Source: Bigelowiella natans CCMP2755
Taxonomy: Eukaryota; Protista; Cercozoa
DNA: 64,000 nt
Direction of reading: 5' to 3'
Assembly: GCA_000320545.1 (NCBI GenBank)
Contig: ADNK01001625.1
Coordinates: 1 to 64,000, forward strand
Of the stretch, positions 48,461 to 59,216 are shown in pieces. The notes beneath the pieces were generated by a model. The model saw only the letters and a list, made by a program, of their open reading frames with translations, had not been told where the DNA came from and searched no databases. The stretch's first letter is position 1; each line of letters begins with the position of its first letter. A program made the translations under genes and the position numbers.

Positions 48461-51212
48461 ATACAGCAACTGAGTACAGAAAAAAAGTTTTTAGATAGCA
48501 CATACCAAATTTTACTTGCAGGTATAAAATTAATTTTATAAAATCGAGTTTATTAAATCAAATGTTATTCTCGATAAGGACCCGGTCAATCAGGGAAATC
48601 AACAATTTTTAAGCAGTTGGTATATTTGCATGGGAAAGGTTTTTCAAAAGAAGCAAGGTGATATTTGAGAGTAATGTTTATGTTTGATTTGGGCGTTTTA
48701 CATCCTAAATGTATCCTGTAGGGCGAAATACCGTCCAAGCGTGTACATTAACATAGTTGGGGCAATGAAAAGCCTCATATTCCACTGCCAAATGGCTGTT
48801 GAAAAAGAAGAGGAGGGTTTGTTCCATTCAAAAGTTTTAATTTTTAATTTTTGGATAGGAACATGAAGAGTTATTTACTAAATGTATTTGCAGCTGTGTT
48901 GAGGGAAGAAGGAAAAATTCTAAGGTCCATAGCAAACGATGCAGCAGTATCGGAGAGCAAAAAAGGTAAATTCTCTTCGATAAATTTTGTTTCATATTTA
49001 TATTTGATAATTTTTATCACTTAGATGATACAGTAGTCATCAAGGAATACCTGAAGAAAAGACATCTCATGAAGGTTATATGAGTTGATGACTTACACTA
49101 CAACTCTTTTAAGATCATTATGTTAATTTTACTTTAGAAACTGGATGAAGATTATTATCAGTTAATGGGAAAGGCGAATCAAATCGAAAATGTAAAAATA
49201 TAATAAAGCTCTATGGCTCATAGAAATCATAGAAATGAAGCGTTACGTACACTCCCCGTAATATGTGAGCAGAATATCTTTTTAGTATTGAAGGACAATG
49301 GTTTCTCGACATTTTTCCGTATACAGCACATATAGATAATGAATCAAAATTAGGCAATAAAGAAATCATCAGATTTGAGGAAGCGTATTGATATCCTTGG
49401 AGAAGAGATACAAAAAATGGAAACAGAAGTTATCAACGGGTTGTTCTTATGTTGTACTCTTAACGTGAGGCATGATAAATACTTATTTGTGATCTGGTGA
49501 TAAAAAATATTCAGATACACAGAAAGCTTCTATAAAATGTTCACTATACCTCAATCCCTATCAGAAGAGGTTATTGTAGTGCGATCGTAGATATTACGTA
49601 TCAAACTACTATCTCAATAAATTAGGTAAGCGATATCGAAGCTCAGGGCTTGCGTGAAGTAAGAATCTTCCTTCTAGATTTGATGGGAAAACTCTACATT
49701 TGAGTATTCACTTCTTAGGTGGACAACATTTTGATGACTGAGACATTGCATCGTGCAATAGTAGGTTTTTTTATCAAGTATTGTTTTTCCTCAAAAGGAT
49801 CTAGTCGAAATCTAATCCATTTAAATGTATATTTTTTAGATGAAGCTGTGGCAGACCGAAGCAATCCAAAAAACATTCAAGCTCAGGGCATCATTCAAAT
49901 ACTCTCAGGTGCGGTCAATTTTAAAACTCATTCATGAATGAACACTCAGTTGCTGATTTGGTTTTCTAAGTTGGATGATTGCTGCACTTACTTCCTCGAA
50001 GAGCTGGATAGAGTGTTGCCTCCATTAAGATTAGAGGAGCAACTTTACTCGGATCTTTATGTGCCTACTCTACAAGATGTTTTGAATTGTCGAAAGCGAA
50101 CTCAAGGCAATTCTACCCATAACAGTGTGCAGGGCACAATTTTATTATTGTCAATATACCATATCTATAAAGTACAAATATGTTGCCTAGGGGTGGTTGA
50201 AGGTCGATTCAGCATTCAGACAAAAACTGGAGAGCAGATATTCCGGGTTAGAATTGATAATGCAGTTAGTGGAAGGACACTGAGATCACTATCGTTGCTA
50301 TAGGTTGTAGATGTAGCTGGCCAGCGCGGTGCCCGTCGAAAATGGATTCCATTTTTCAGCTCCTGTGATGCGGTTGGTATTCGATATTAAAGTAATATCT
50401 TCCAGAACTAGTGTAATTTGGCATATCTCTATTTTAGGTGCTTTTCGTCATGTCGCTTGCAGGCTATAATCAATATCTACTTGAGGATACAGATGTTATC
50501 CGTATGCACGAGGTTGAAATAATTTCACTATCATAATTCGGTCAAATAATTCCAAATTCAATTAAGGCATTGAACCTATTCAAAGAAATGGTTAACCAGG
50601 TGCGTTAATTTTGATCATTTGACCATTTCAAATCTGCATTGCTACAGCCATTTGATGCGCATGTCTGAATAACCATGCTGGAAACAAAATTGAAAGCTAA
50701 TTCATTTTTCATCTACTTAGCCTGCCTTGAGGAAGACACCGTTCATCGTATTTATGAACAAGTCAGATCTATTTAAAACTGAACTGAAATCTACCTCAAT
50801 TACAAAATGCTTTGAGGATTACAGATTACCAGAGGTGAAGTTTACAAAAGCATGTCGTCCACGCTAAACATAAATATTGTAATGCCAGGTAATTCAAGTG
50901 GGAAGTTCCAAGCACGCATCTCATGCTGCGAAGTTTATAAAGCAAAAGCTTCAAAAGCAAATTGATTCAAATCGAGGGTAGACATTACGTGAATTCATTA
51001 CACAAATATCGTTTTAGATCAAAACTGTCTTGTTTCTTAGTGTGGAGACTTATTTTCACGTCACATGTGCCACAGATACCAAACAGGTAGAACTTTCTTT
51101 GGATCTACTCATCCTTTTCAAACTTTGCATTCTGTGCTAGGTTGACAAAATATTTTCTTCCATCACTGACATCATCATATCAAGAGGATTAGCTTCAGCA
51201 GGCTTGATGTAG
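48340..51212 (+). CDS. Heterotrimeric G-protein alpha-subunit domain, multi-exon
   Basis: G1 ILLAGPGQSGKSTIFKQ, G2 DVLNCRKRTQG, G3 DVAGQRGARRKW, G4 FMNKSDLF, G5 FHVTCATDT; C-terminus RGLASAGLM*, stop at 51210-51212. Confidence 0.93.
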
Positions 51213-51239
51213 GATGGTTTTGCGGATGCTGCATTGTCA

Positions 51240-51728
51240 TCGTTTAATTTTACGGCTTGTGAAACAAAAATGGCGGGATTGCACGTTGCAATGTGCGCTT
51301 GCCATGCATGCACATTGATGAAGGTGGAGCATGCTAGCACAGCTAGATGGTCAACACAAAGGTGACGTGCATGACCAGATGCCAGGTTGACAAAGTTGAT
51401 GTGTCACTTTGTCATTGAGTGATGACACGTCATGCACATCGATCTAGACATCCTTAGATCCATCACGCAACATCATTTTGTGATGTGTTCAAGACGACAC
51501 AGCACTGCAGTCTAGCAGCACAGCACGTGAAGCATGTCTGCTGCTAGCGATCTAGCGATGTCTAGATGTCTAGATGTGTGGCATGCATGCCCAGGTGCAC
51601 CTCTAGACCTGTGGCTTGTGTCGCGTGTGCCCCCCTCTAGCCCTAGCTAGCCTAGCCCCGCTAGCCCGCTAGTCCACCTGCTAGCCTGGCTGGCTGGCTA
51701 GCTGGGCGACACGTGCCAGAGCATGCTG
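51240..51728. other. CTAG-scar/TpA-depleted island, left flank of the retrotransposon
   Basis: cgat-CTAG-cgat and atgt-CTAG-atgt-CTAG-atgt at 51548-51577; also acct, ccct, cccg, cctg and ctgg duplications. Confidence 0.9.
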
Positions 51729-52150
51729 TGCAACGGCGGAAAATTCAAAGGAATTTGACCGTTGAAAGTGGTCAATCAAGTCAAGTTGATCCCGTTGAAA
51801 TGCCCTGCAGTTTTGGCAGTTTTGGGTTTGGTTGGTGCTGTTAGTTGATGAGCAAATTGAGTCATCAAATGGGAAGCAAGTGGTTTGGGAAAACCAAGTT
51901 TGTGTGCACGTAGCTGCCTCGATTAGTCAATGGCAGCGAACCCGCATCTGGCAGTCAGTTCGCTAGAAGTTTGAAAGCGGTCAGTGTGTTTGTTTGAGCG
52001 TGCACATGCGTGTGTTCTGAAGTCACCAATGTCATCAGGGTTTCATTGTTCATTGGAAAGTTTGATTGTTTTTGCTGAATGAGCGGCGACGAGCTTGCTA
52101 GTTTGGCAGAGACAGAAGCCGACACTGGGAGGATGCTCTCAGTGGTCGCA
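51729..52150 (+). repeat. 5' LTR
   Basis: Matches 57816-58237 except at 5 sites (7 nt). Confidence 0.96.
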
Positions 52151-55100
52151 GATGGCAGCGGCGCAGTGGAAGGAAAGGAAAAAGTGCCAGAGGTGATGCA
52201 CATTGAAACAGGAGGACCTGTTGCTGCAGGTGCTACAGGTGACTTGAAGGAATCCAATTGGCAGGAAGTTCTGCTCAGGATGGAAATTGACAAGTTTCGA
52301 ATGGTCCTGGAAGGGGTGTCCATCCAGGAGAAACTGGCGGTTGATTTCAACAAGGATGTCCGCAGCTTGCGAGACAATCGCAGTTCCCGCAGGTTCTTCA
52401 TGGATCGACATGGTGACAAAGGAGTGCCGGAGAAAACGTGGAAATGCTTCACAGAAAATCCGGAAGTAGCGGAGGACTTGACAGACGAGGAAGATGCAAC
52501 GGTAGCAGAGGAAAAGAAACAAAATGAAATGCGAGAACAAGACATCGGGGATCACCGAGGAATGTCTTGCAGAGCGAAAGCTGTGGAAATGTTCGGAAAG
52601 AAAATCAAGGTGAGGGGAGAACTAGACCCAGCCTTTGTTTGCCGTGAAAAGTTTCGGAAGAGGGTGAGAAGAATCCAGAGTCAAATCGCAGGGCACAGCG
52701 AACTCTTTGGAGCGGATGTGAGATTCGGATGCGAGTTCTTCCGAACGACATTGTCCCAGGATGCACGGGACAGATTCGACCTGCACGTTGAAAAACAGGA
52801 GAAGGAACGGCAACACCAAATGGATCATCGCGAGAAACTCGAACAAGGAATGCAACACCTGTGTGGCGAAGAGTCCCCGCAAGACACAAGGTTTGGGTTC
52901 AACAAGGAGTTTGACAAACTGCGAAAGGAGAAATTCAGATTTGTGGACCAAATGCATGGCAAACACAAACAAGTGTGCAGTCTGTTCCCGACATGCAAGA
53001 TTGACAGGTGCGACAGGATGAACCATTGCAAAACACCATTGCAAAACCACAGATGTGGTCGATCCCTACTCCTAGCCATGGCACATTGCGATGCCACGGG
53101 TGTGACTCCAGCCGAACTCTTCAAACAGCTGAGAATCAGAGAGGAAACAATTCAGGAGTCACAACCGAAACACAACAGTGTGAATGCAATTGGAATGGAA
53201 GGGAACAAGAAGAAGAAGATCTGCTTCAACTTCCACAAAAAAGGAACTTGTCGATGTGGAAATGAATGCAAATGTGGTCATGAGAAAGGAGGGAAGTCCA
53301 ACAGGCTGTGCAAACATGTCAGAGAGGGAAAATGCAAATGGGGCAAGAGATGTGGATTCTCGCACGACCTAGGGGACAAAGCGGCAAATTTGTCGAAGGT
53401 CACAGTGGATGCGAGTCACCCCAAAGTGAACCCTAGCCCCCATCCCTCTTCTGACACCTTGAACAGTGACTGGAGGGAATCCGGCAAGGACGTAGTGCAA
53501 ACTGTGGAAAACGATGTGACAGAGTTAGCAAAAATGAACATCCCACAGGTCAACATCGCCTCTGAGCCCCACAATGCAAATGAGTCTTTGCGCCAACGCA
53601 ATGTGCTGAGGGCATTTGTGGAAGGCAAGAGTGGACCTGCTGAGATGAAAGCACTCCTTGACGATGGATCGCAGCCTGCCACCATTGGCCTGCAAAAGAT
53701 CAAATTGCTCAGCAAGCTAGGTGCAAAAATGAAAAGGACAAAGATGAGTGGCCAGGTTGGAGGTTCAAGCACTACCTGTGTCCGCATGGAGGGTGAGGTG
53801 GAATTTGAGATGAGAGTGAAGTGCAAAACCGCTCGGGGGGGATGCGTGAGGCTCAGGATTTTTGCTGTGGTCCTGGATGGGAATGCAAACTTTGAATTTG
53901 CAATTGGCCAAGATGTGAGAAACCCACACCGCATCATGTCGCACCCAGACCCCAAACCCGAACACCGTGAAGTCACAATTGATGGCACACCTGTTTGCTC
54001 TCATCCCTGCACTTCTCACCTTCGAAATGCGAACTCACTCATGCTGGAAAGCAACTTGCTGGCCTCACCTGCAGTAGCCCAGGATGCGGGCATCAACGAA
54101 GGCAAACGAAACAAAGCTAAAAGGCCATCAAATTCATGTCTAGTCCATGAAACACTCGACCTGTTGGATGCAGCGGATTCCCGATTGAGAGAGTGCGACC
54201 ACGTCTGCGGTACGGGGGTACCTGATGAGGAAATTGAACACAGTCTCGGTGAGATCGCATCGCTCCAATGCGTCCACAGAGAATCAGAACGTGCCAATGC
54301 GGAACTTGCTTCGGGAGACTGCTTGCGCATGCTGAACAGAGCAGAGAAAGAGTTCCGCGCGGGTTCCACACTCATGACGTCAAGAGAACAATTTTGTTAC
54401 CTACGTCGTGTCCTGTGTCGTTGTTCGTCGCGATTTGTGGAAAACACACCTGAGACAGGAGAATCACGTGTGCCGAAACATGAAGTCCACGATTACCTTC
54501 TACCAGGAAAGAAATTTGTGCACCAAAAGGCTCACCGATTGCCCCCGGACAGATCAAATGCGATGGAGACCAAGTTAGAAGAACTGGAAAAACATGGGTT
54601 GTGTCACAAAGTGTCGAATGAAGAAAAAGTGATGGCCACTTCACCTGCATTTCCTGTCTGGGACAAAGGCAAGAGTGCCTGTCGGGTGGTTGTTGGCATG
54701 AAAAAGGTCAACGATGCTGTGGAATTGATGCACTTCGTCATGCCGACAACGGAAAACACCATGCGGAAAGTGATGACGAAAAACTGGGTGACATCAACCG
54801 ACGCTAAATCAGGCTGGCCACAGACAGGGTGCACAAAGAAAACGCAAATGACCTTCGTATTTGCAACTCAGAAATGTGCTAGATCAAGTTTGGGCCTACC
54901 ATTTGGATGTGAAAATGCTCCTCAGACATTTGCGTGGTTGATGATCCAAATCATCAAAGGACTCAACGACACTGTGGTTCATGTGGATGATCACTACAAC
55001 ATGGGGGACACGTTCATGGCAGCATTGTTGGAGTTCACCAGATTTGTGCAGAGGGCTGAGACCAAGAACTTGTACCTGTCTGCTAAAAAATTACAAGCGT

Positions 55101-57700
55101 TTCCAAAAGAGTCATCCATGGCAGGAGTCATCAGGAAAAATGGCAAACATTGCCCAGACCCGAAGAGGATGTGTCCCCTGGATGCACTCCAACCACCCAA
55201 AAAGGGAGCACGATTCCTCAAATCGGTGCAACGCATCATGGGATTGTTCATCTGTCATCTACGACATGTCAAAGACTTCTGGAATGTTGTTCGACCTGTC
55301 AGCATCCTGAATTCAAAAACAGCTCCACAAGTCTGGGGAAAAGAACAACAGATGGCTTTGGATGCTGCGAGGGATGTGCTGAAGTCTTCGTCTTTGTGCA
55401 TGCCTAAGTTCGAACACATTGCCCGTGAGAGTCCATTCCTTGTGGATGTGGATGCGTCTAAATGTGCTGGTGGAGCTACTCTGTCTCAAGTAGTTGATGG
55501 GGTGGAGCGCCTCACATGTTGCTTCAGCTTCACCTGGCGCAAACATCAGATGAAATGGCACGCAACAAGAAAAGAATTTGACAACGGTGCTAGGAGTCTG
55601 GACTGCTTCAGTGTCTTCATCAAGGGATTTCCAACGCGTGCAAGAATGGATGCAAAGGTTGCCATGCACATGGTGGCACATGGACAAGATCAATTGCGCG
55701 AACCTCACACCAGAATCTCCGCAGCTTGTGACTCGTGCATGCTAGTGGGTGTTGAATGCAGAGAGGGCCCGAGCCACAAAAATGCGGATTGCATTGGTAG
55801 GCCTGGACACAGTGTTGAAGATGATGCGGATGAAGAAACACTGGTCAATCTCTTCCCTCTCCACCATGCTTCGGCAATGCTCAAATGCTTTGGTGATGAA
55901 TTGAAAAATGGCACCTGCTTGAGCTGCAACCAACCGGCAGTTGGACACCATCCCACAGATGCAGAGGTTGAACTCACTTGCTCACAACTGTGTCATGATG
56001 TGGCGAAGAAGGTGGGCTTTGACGAGTCCAAGTTTCGCATCCTTTTCAAAAGGACAAACACAAAAAACAAATCAAACCAGAGCAAGCTCACTCCTGAAGT
56101 TGATGCTGCGCGCTTCGACGGGGACTCAATGATCCACCCGTGCTCCACGTTGGCGCATGAAGCAGATGAACACTTGGAGAACTGCAACACAATGGAACAC
56201 GGAATGGAGTTCTCACCTTCACAGTCGGACAGTGTGGAGGTGGAGCTCAAGTGCGATGTGTCATCTGAGCGCCTACCTGCAGAACAACGGGCAGAGTTCA
56301 CCAAAACATTCGCAGCTCTAGAAAACAAAGGCAATCCAAATCATGCTCTCACTACGGCACAATGCAAAATTGTGGACAACACCTTGTGCAAGTGCGGCGA
56401 CTGTGAGAACGACGACCACAGTGTCCCTTTGCTCATTGTGGTTCCTGATCAACATCGGACTGAAATCATGGACGCCTACCACATGACGAATCTTGCAAAT
56501 CACAGATGTGCAAATGACATGGCAACAAAAATCCTGCAAGTACATCACTGGAAAGGCTTGACGTGTTCATGCAAAAAACATGTTGCAACCTGTCAGGTGT
56601 GCATCAGAACAAAATCTCGCATGAAGCAATTGCCTTGCAAGCAGCTACAGATGAGAGGAGCAATGGAAGCCGCATCGATTGATGCCATTGGACGCACAGA
56701 AGGAAAGTGTCACTGCACACTGAATGCGTGCATCTTGTCGATAGGACATGTTTTCGCAAAATGCTGCAAGAAACTTGACGCTAAAGTCATGGCAGAGTTT
56801 CTGTTCGACTTCATTGTCGTGTTTGGTGCACCTCGCAAGATCCTTACTGACCAGGGACCTGAATTTGTGAACAGCGTCATGTCACACTTGAAGAACAGAT
56901 TCGGTTTTGCAAAACTCACCACATCGAGTAAATCCAAAACGGGCAACTCACTAATTGAAAGAAAGAATGGAGTGCTTAATGACGGAACATTGGCACAGCT
57001 CACACAACAGTCTGAATCGAGACACAATTGGCACAAAGAATTACCTCATGCTGTCTTCTCAGCTAATGCTTTGTTGCCTAATGCTCGAGGAAACTCGCAC
57101 GCTAAGCTCCTGTTCGGGTTTCAACCCAAGTTGGAAGGAGACTTAAACGGCAAACGTGCACCTGTGAGAGAGGAGAAAGTCGGAGACGACATTGACTCTC
57201 GCATTCAAATTGTGAAGAAGATGAGACAGTTGTTCCTGACGGACAGATCTGAATGGAGATTCTTGAAAAACTTTGAACGCAATGACAAGATGGGGCAACT
57301 AAAACGACACAAAGTGGGGGATCTAGTGTGGTTGCACCGTGATGAGGACCGCAAAGGGCATCGTGTTGCTCCGCATTTCGCGCTGAAAAAGACAGGCCCC
57401 GTCCTGATCACAGCGAGCATTGGAGATTCCAACACTCACAGAGTGGAAGATCCTGAAACAAGTCATCGAAACGCAGTTCATGCAAAGCACTTGTCTCCCT
57501 TTGGCACCTTCACAGCATCACCGGAAGCTGCAGTGCCACCACAGGATGAAGCGTCTTCGTCGGAGAGTGATCAAGATCTGTTCAATGATTCATCGGGGGA
57601 TGAGGAAGAAGAGGATGATGCTGACATCAGTGCACGCAACATTCTGATGCACACTCGTACCCGCAAGGCACTTGATCGTGGAGCCTTCGTGTCACATTGA
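52079..57700 (+). pseudogene. gag-pol ORF (1873 aa), open but probably non-functional
   Basis: Two CCCH fingers; protease ALLDDGS; RT LPFGCENAP...VVHVDD; RNase H VDVDAS...NADCIGR; integrase H..H..C..C, SIDAIG, ILTDQGPEF, NSLIER. Only about 5 Tyr; the YxDD Tyr is His. Confidence 0.88.
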
Positions 57701-57798
57701 ACTTGCAATGGAAGTCCAAGTTTCTGAGTGTTCCGTTCAGTTTGTGCAAGTGCACACAGATTGTTGCATCAAGTTAGTTTTGCGACGTCCGCAAATTC

Positions 57799-57812
57799 AA
57801 AAAAGGGGGGAA
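57799..57812 (+). other. Polypurine tract
   Basis: AAAAAAGGGGGGAA ending 3 nt before the 3' LTR. Confidence 0.85.
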
Positions 57813-57815
57813 TGA

Positions 57816-58237
57816 TGTGACGGCGGAAAATTCAAAGGAATTTGACCGTTGAAAGTGGTCAATCAAGTCAAGTTGATCCCGTTGAAATGCCCTGCAGTTT
57901 TGGCAGTTTTGGGTTCAGTTGGTGCTGTCAGTTGATGAGCAAATTGAGTCATCAAATGGGAAGCAAGTGGTTTGGGAAAACCAAGTTTGTGTGCACGTAG
58001 CTGCCTCGATTGGTCAATGGCAGCGAACCCGCATCTGGCAGTCAGTTCGCTAGAAGTTTGAAAGCGGTCAGTGTGTTTGTTTGAGCGTGCACATGCGTGT
58101 GTTCTGAAGTCACCAATGTCATCAGGGTTTCATTGTTCATTGGAAAGTTTGATTGTTTTTGCTGAGTGAGCGGCGACGAGCTTGCTAGTTTGGCAGAGAC
58201 AGAAGCCGACACTGGGAGGATGCTCTCAGTGGTCGCA
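57816..58237 (+). repeat. 3' LTR
   Basis: Direct repeat of 51729-52150, followed by TSD TGCTG. Confidence 0.96.
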
Positions 58238-59040
58238 TGCTGTGCCAGTGTGGCATGGCTAGATGGGGCGGAACACACACACAATGCTTGCTCCAGTGCT
58301 GATCATTTTTCTTTGAGCTCTGGAGCTGAGCTCTGCAGGCCACCTAGCTAGCTAGCTAGCTAGCTAGCTAGTCATGCTGGCATGATCTCTTGATCTGATG
58401 ACTGCCAAACTAGACGATGTCGTCGATCTGGACACGTGCTCGTGGTTGTGTGCGCCAGTCCAGCAGCGTGGTCGTGAAACAACGCATTGTTCACACGGCC
58501 CTCGTTTTTTGCAAAGGCCAGAGCGGCCGATTGACGCATCAGCGGAGGATTCATGAAGGTGCCGTTCCACTGACGTCCAGACGTGTTGATGTGTTCTGTT
58601 GTTTCGTGTGGTGCTCAGCTTGTGCACGCAGTGATCGCTATCAACCTGGCTGGCTAGCTGGCCTAGTGCCAGAGTGGCGCGCAATGCGAAGTTCAGTGTC
58701 AACACCCACATCACCAGAACACACCAACCTGGCAACCATGATCATCTCAATTTTCAATTTCAAACTGTGCACAAACTTCGCGTTTGTCTTGTCCGTGCGT
58801 CCCAGCGTTCTGGCGTTGCCTGGTTGTGCCAGTCTGGCAGCCTGCATGGCTCCAGGCGGTCTGTGCATGGCCAGCTGGAAGTCTGGAAGTGTGGCTCCAG
58901 TGTTGTCTCTCAGCACACGTGTGTGCAAGTCTGGAAGTTGTCAATTCACAGTGATGTTGATCCTCGCGACCATTTTTTTGTGCGCAGTGACGCATTGCTA
59001 GCTAGATCTAGCCAGATTGGTCACGTCCAGAGCCGTCAAG
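58238..59040. other. CTAG-scar/TpA-depleted island, right flank; includes (CTAG)7 at 58344-58371
   Basis: atgg-CTAG-atgg (~58255), ctgg-CTAG-ctgg (~58650); almost no other TA. Confidence 0.88.
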
Positions 59041-59115
59041 CCGTGATGGATGAACAAACCAGCAAGCCCTCCCAATTAGATTACAAGTGCTACAAATCTC
59101 GTAAAATCCCCTTTG

Positions 59116-59190
59116 TTTTCCATGAAAAAGTACGCGGATGTGTTGTCGTCACAATTTTCCATGAAAAAGCACGCAAATGTGTTGTCGTCA
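59116..59190. repeat. ~39-bp imperfect tandem duplication just upstream of the L9 start
   Basis: ttttccatgaaaaagtacgcggatgtgttgtcgtca and ttttccatgaaaaagcacgcaaatgtgttgtcgtca. Confidence 0.85.
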
Positions 59191-59216
59191 TTCAAAAGCC
59201 AGCCTTCTTAGCATTA

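Larger units (their letters stand above)
51729..58237 (+). mobile_element. Full-length Ty3/Gypsy LTR retrotransposon, TpA-hypermutated
   Basis: Two 422-bp TG...CA LTRs; 5-bp TSD TGCTG at 51724-51728 and 58238-58242; polypurine tract before the 3' LTR; domain order PR-RT-RH-IN. Confidence 0.96.

Noticed and set aside
52079-52150. ATG 52079 as the true gag start
   Set aside because: It lies inside the 5' LTR and is GTG in the 3' LTR. The upstream extension probably reflects loss of TAA/TAG stops.
52153-52165. Primer-binding site TGGCAGCGGCG
   Set aside because: Position and TGG start fit a PBS, but the tRNA cannot be assigned, especially after TA mutation, so it is not annotated.
52079-57700. 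Alternative genetic code as the explanation for missing Tyr in gag-pol
   Set aside because: Host genes (EEF2, cyclin B) use TAT/TAC at conserved Tyr positions, and TA loss also affects non-coding LTRs and codon junctions.
51955-59001. Many overlapping ORFs on both strands in the element and its flanks (also 36250-37600 and 41880-42930)
   Set aside because: Expected by-product of TpA depletion removing TAA/TAG; Cys/His-rich, with no recognisable domains.
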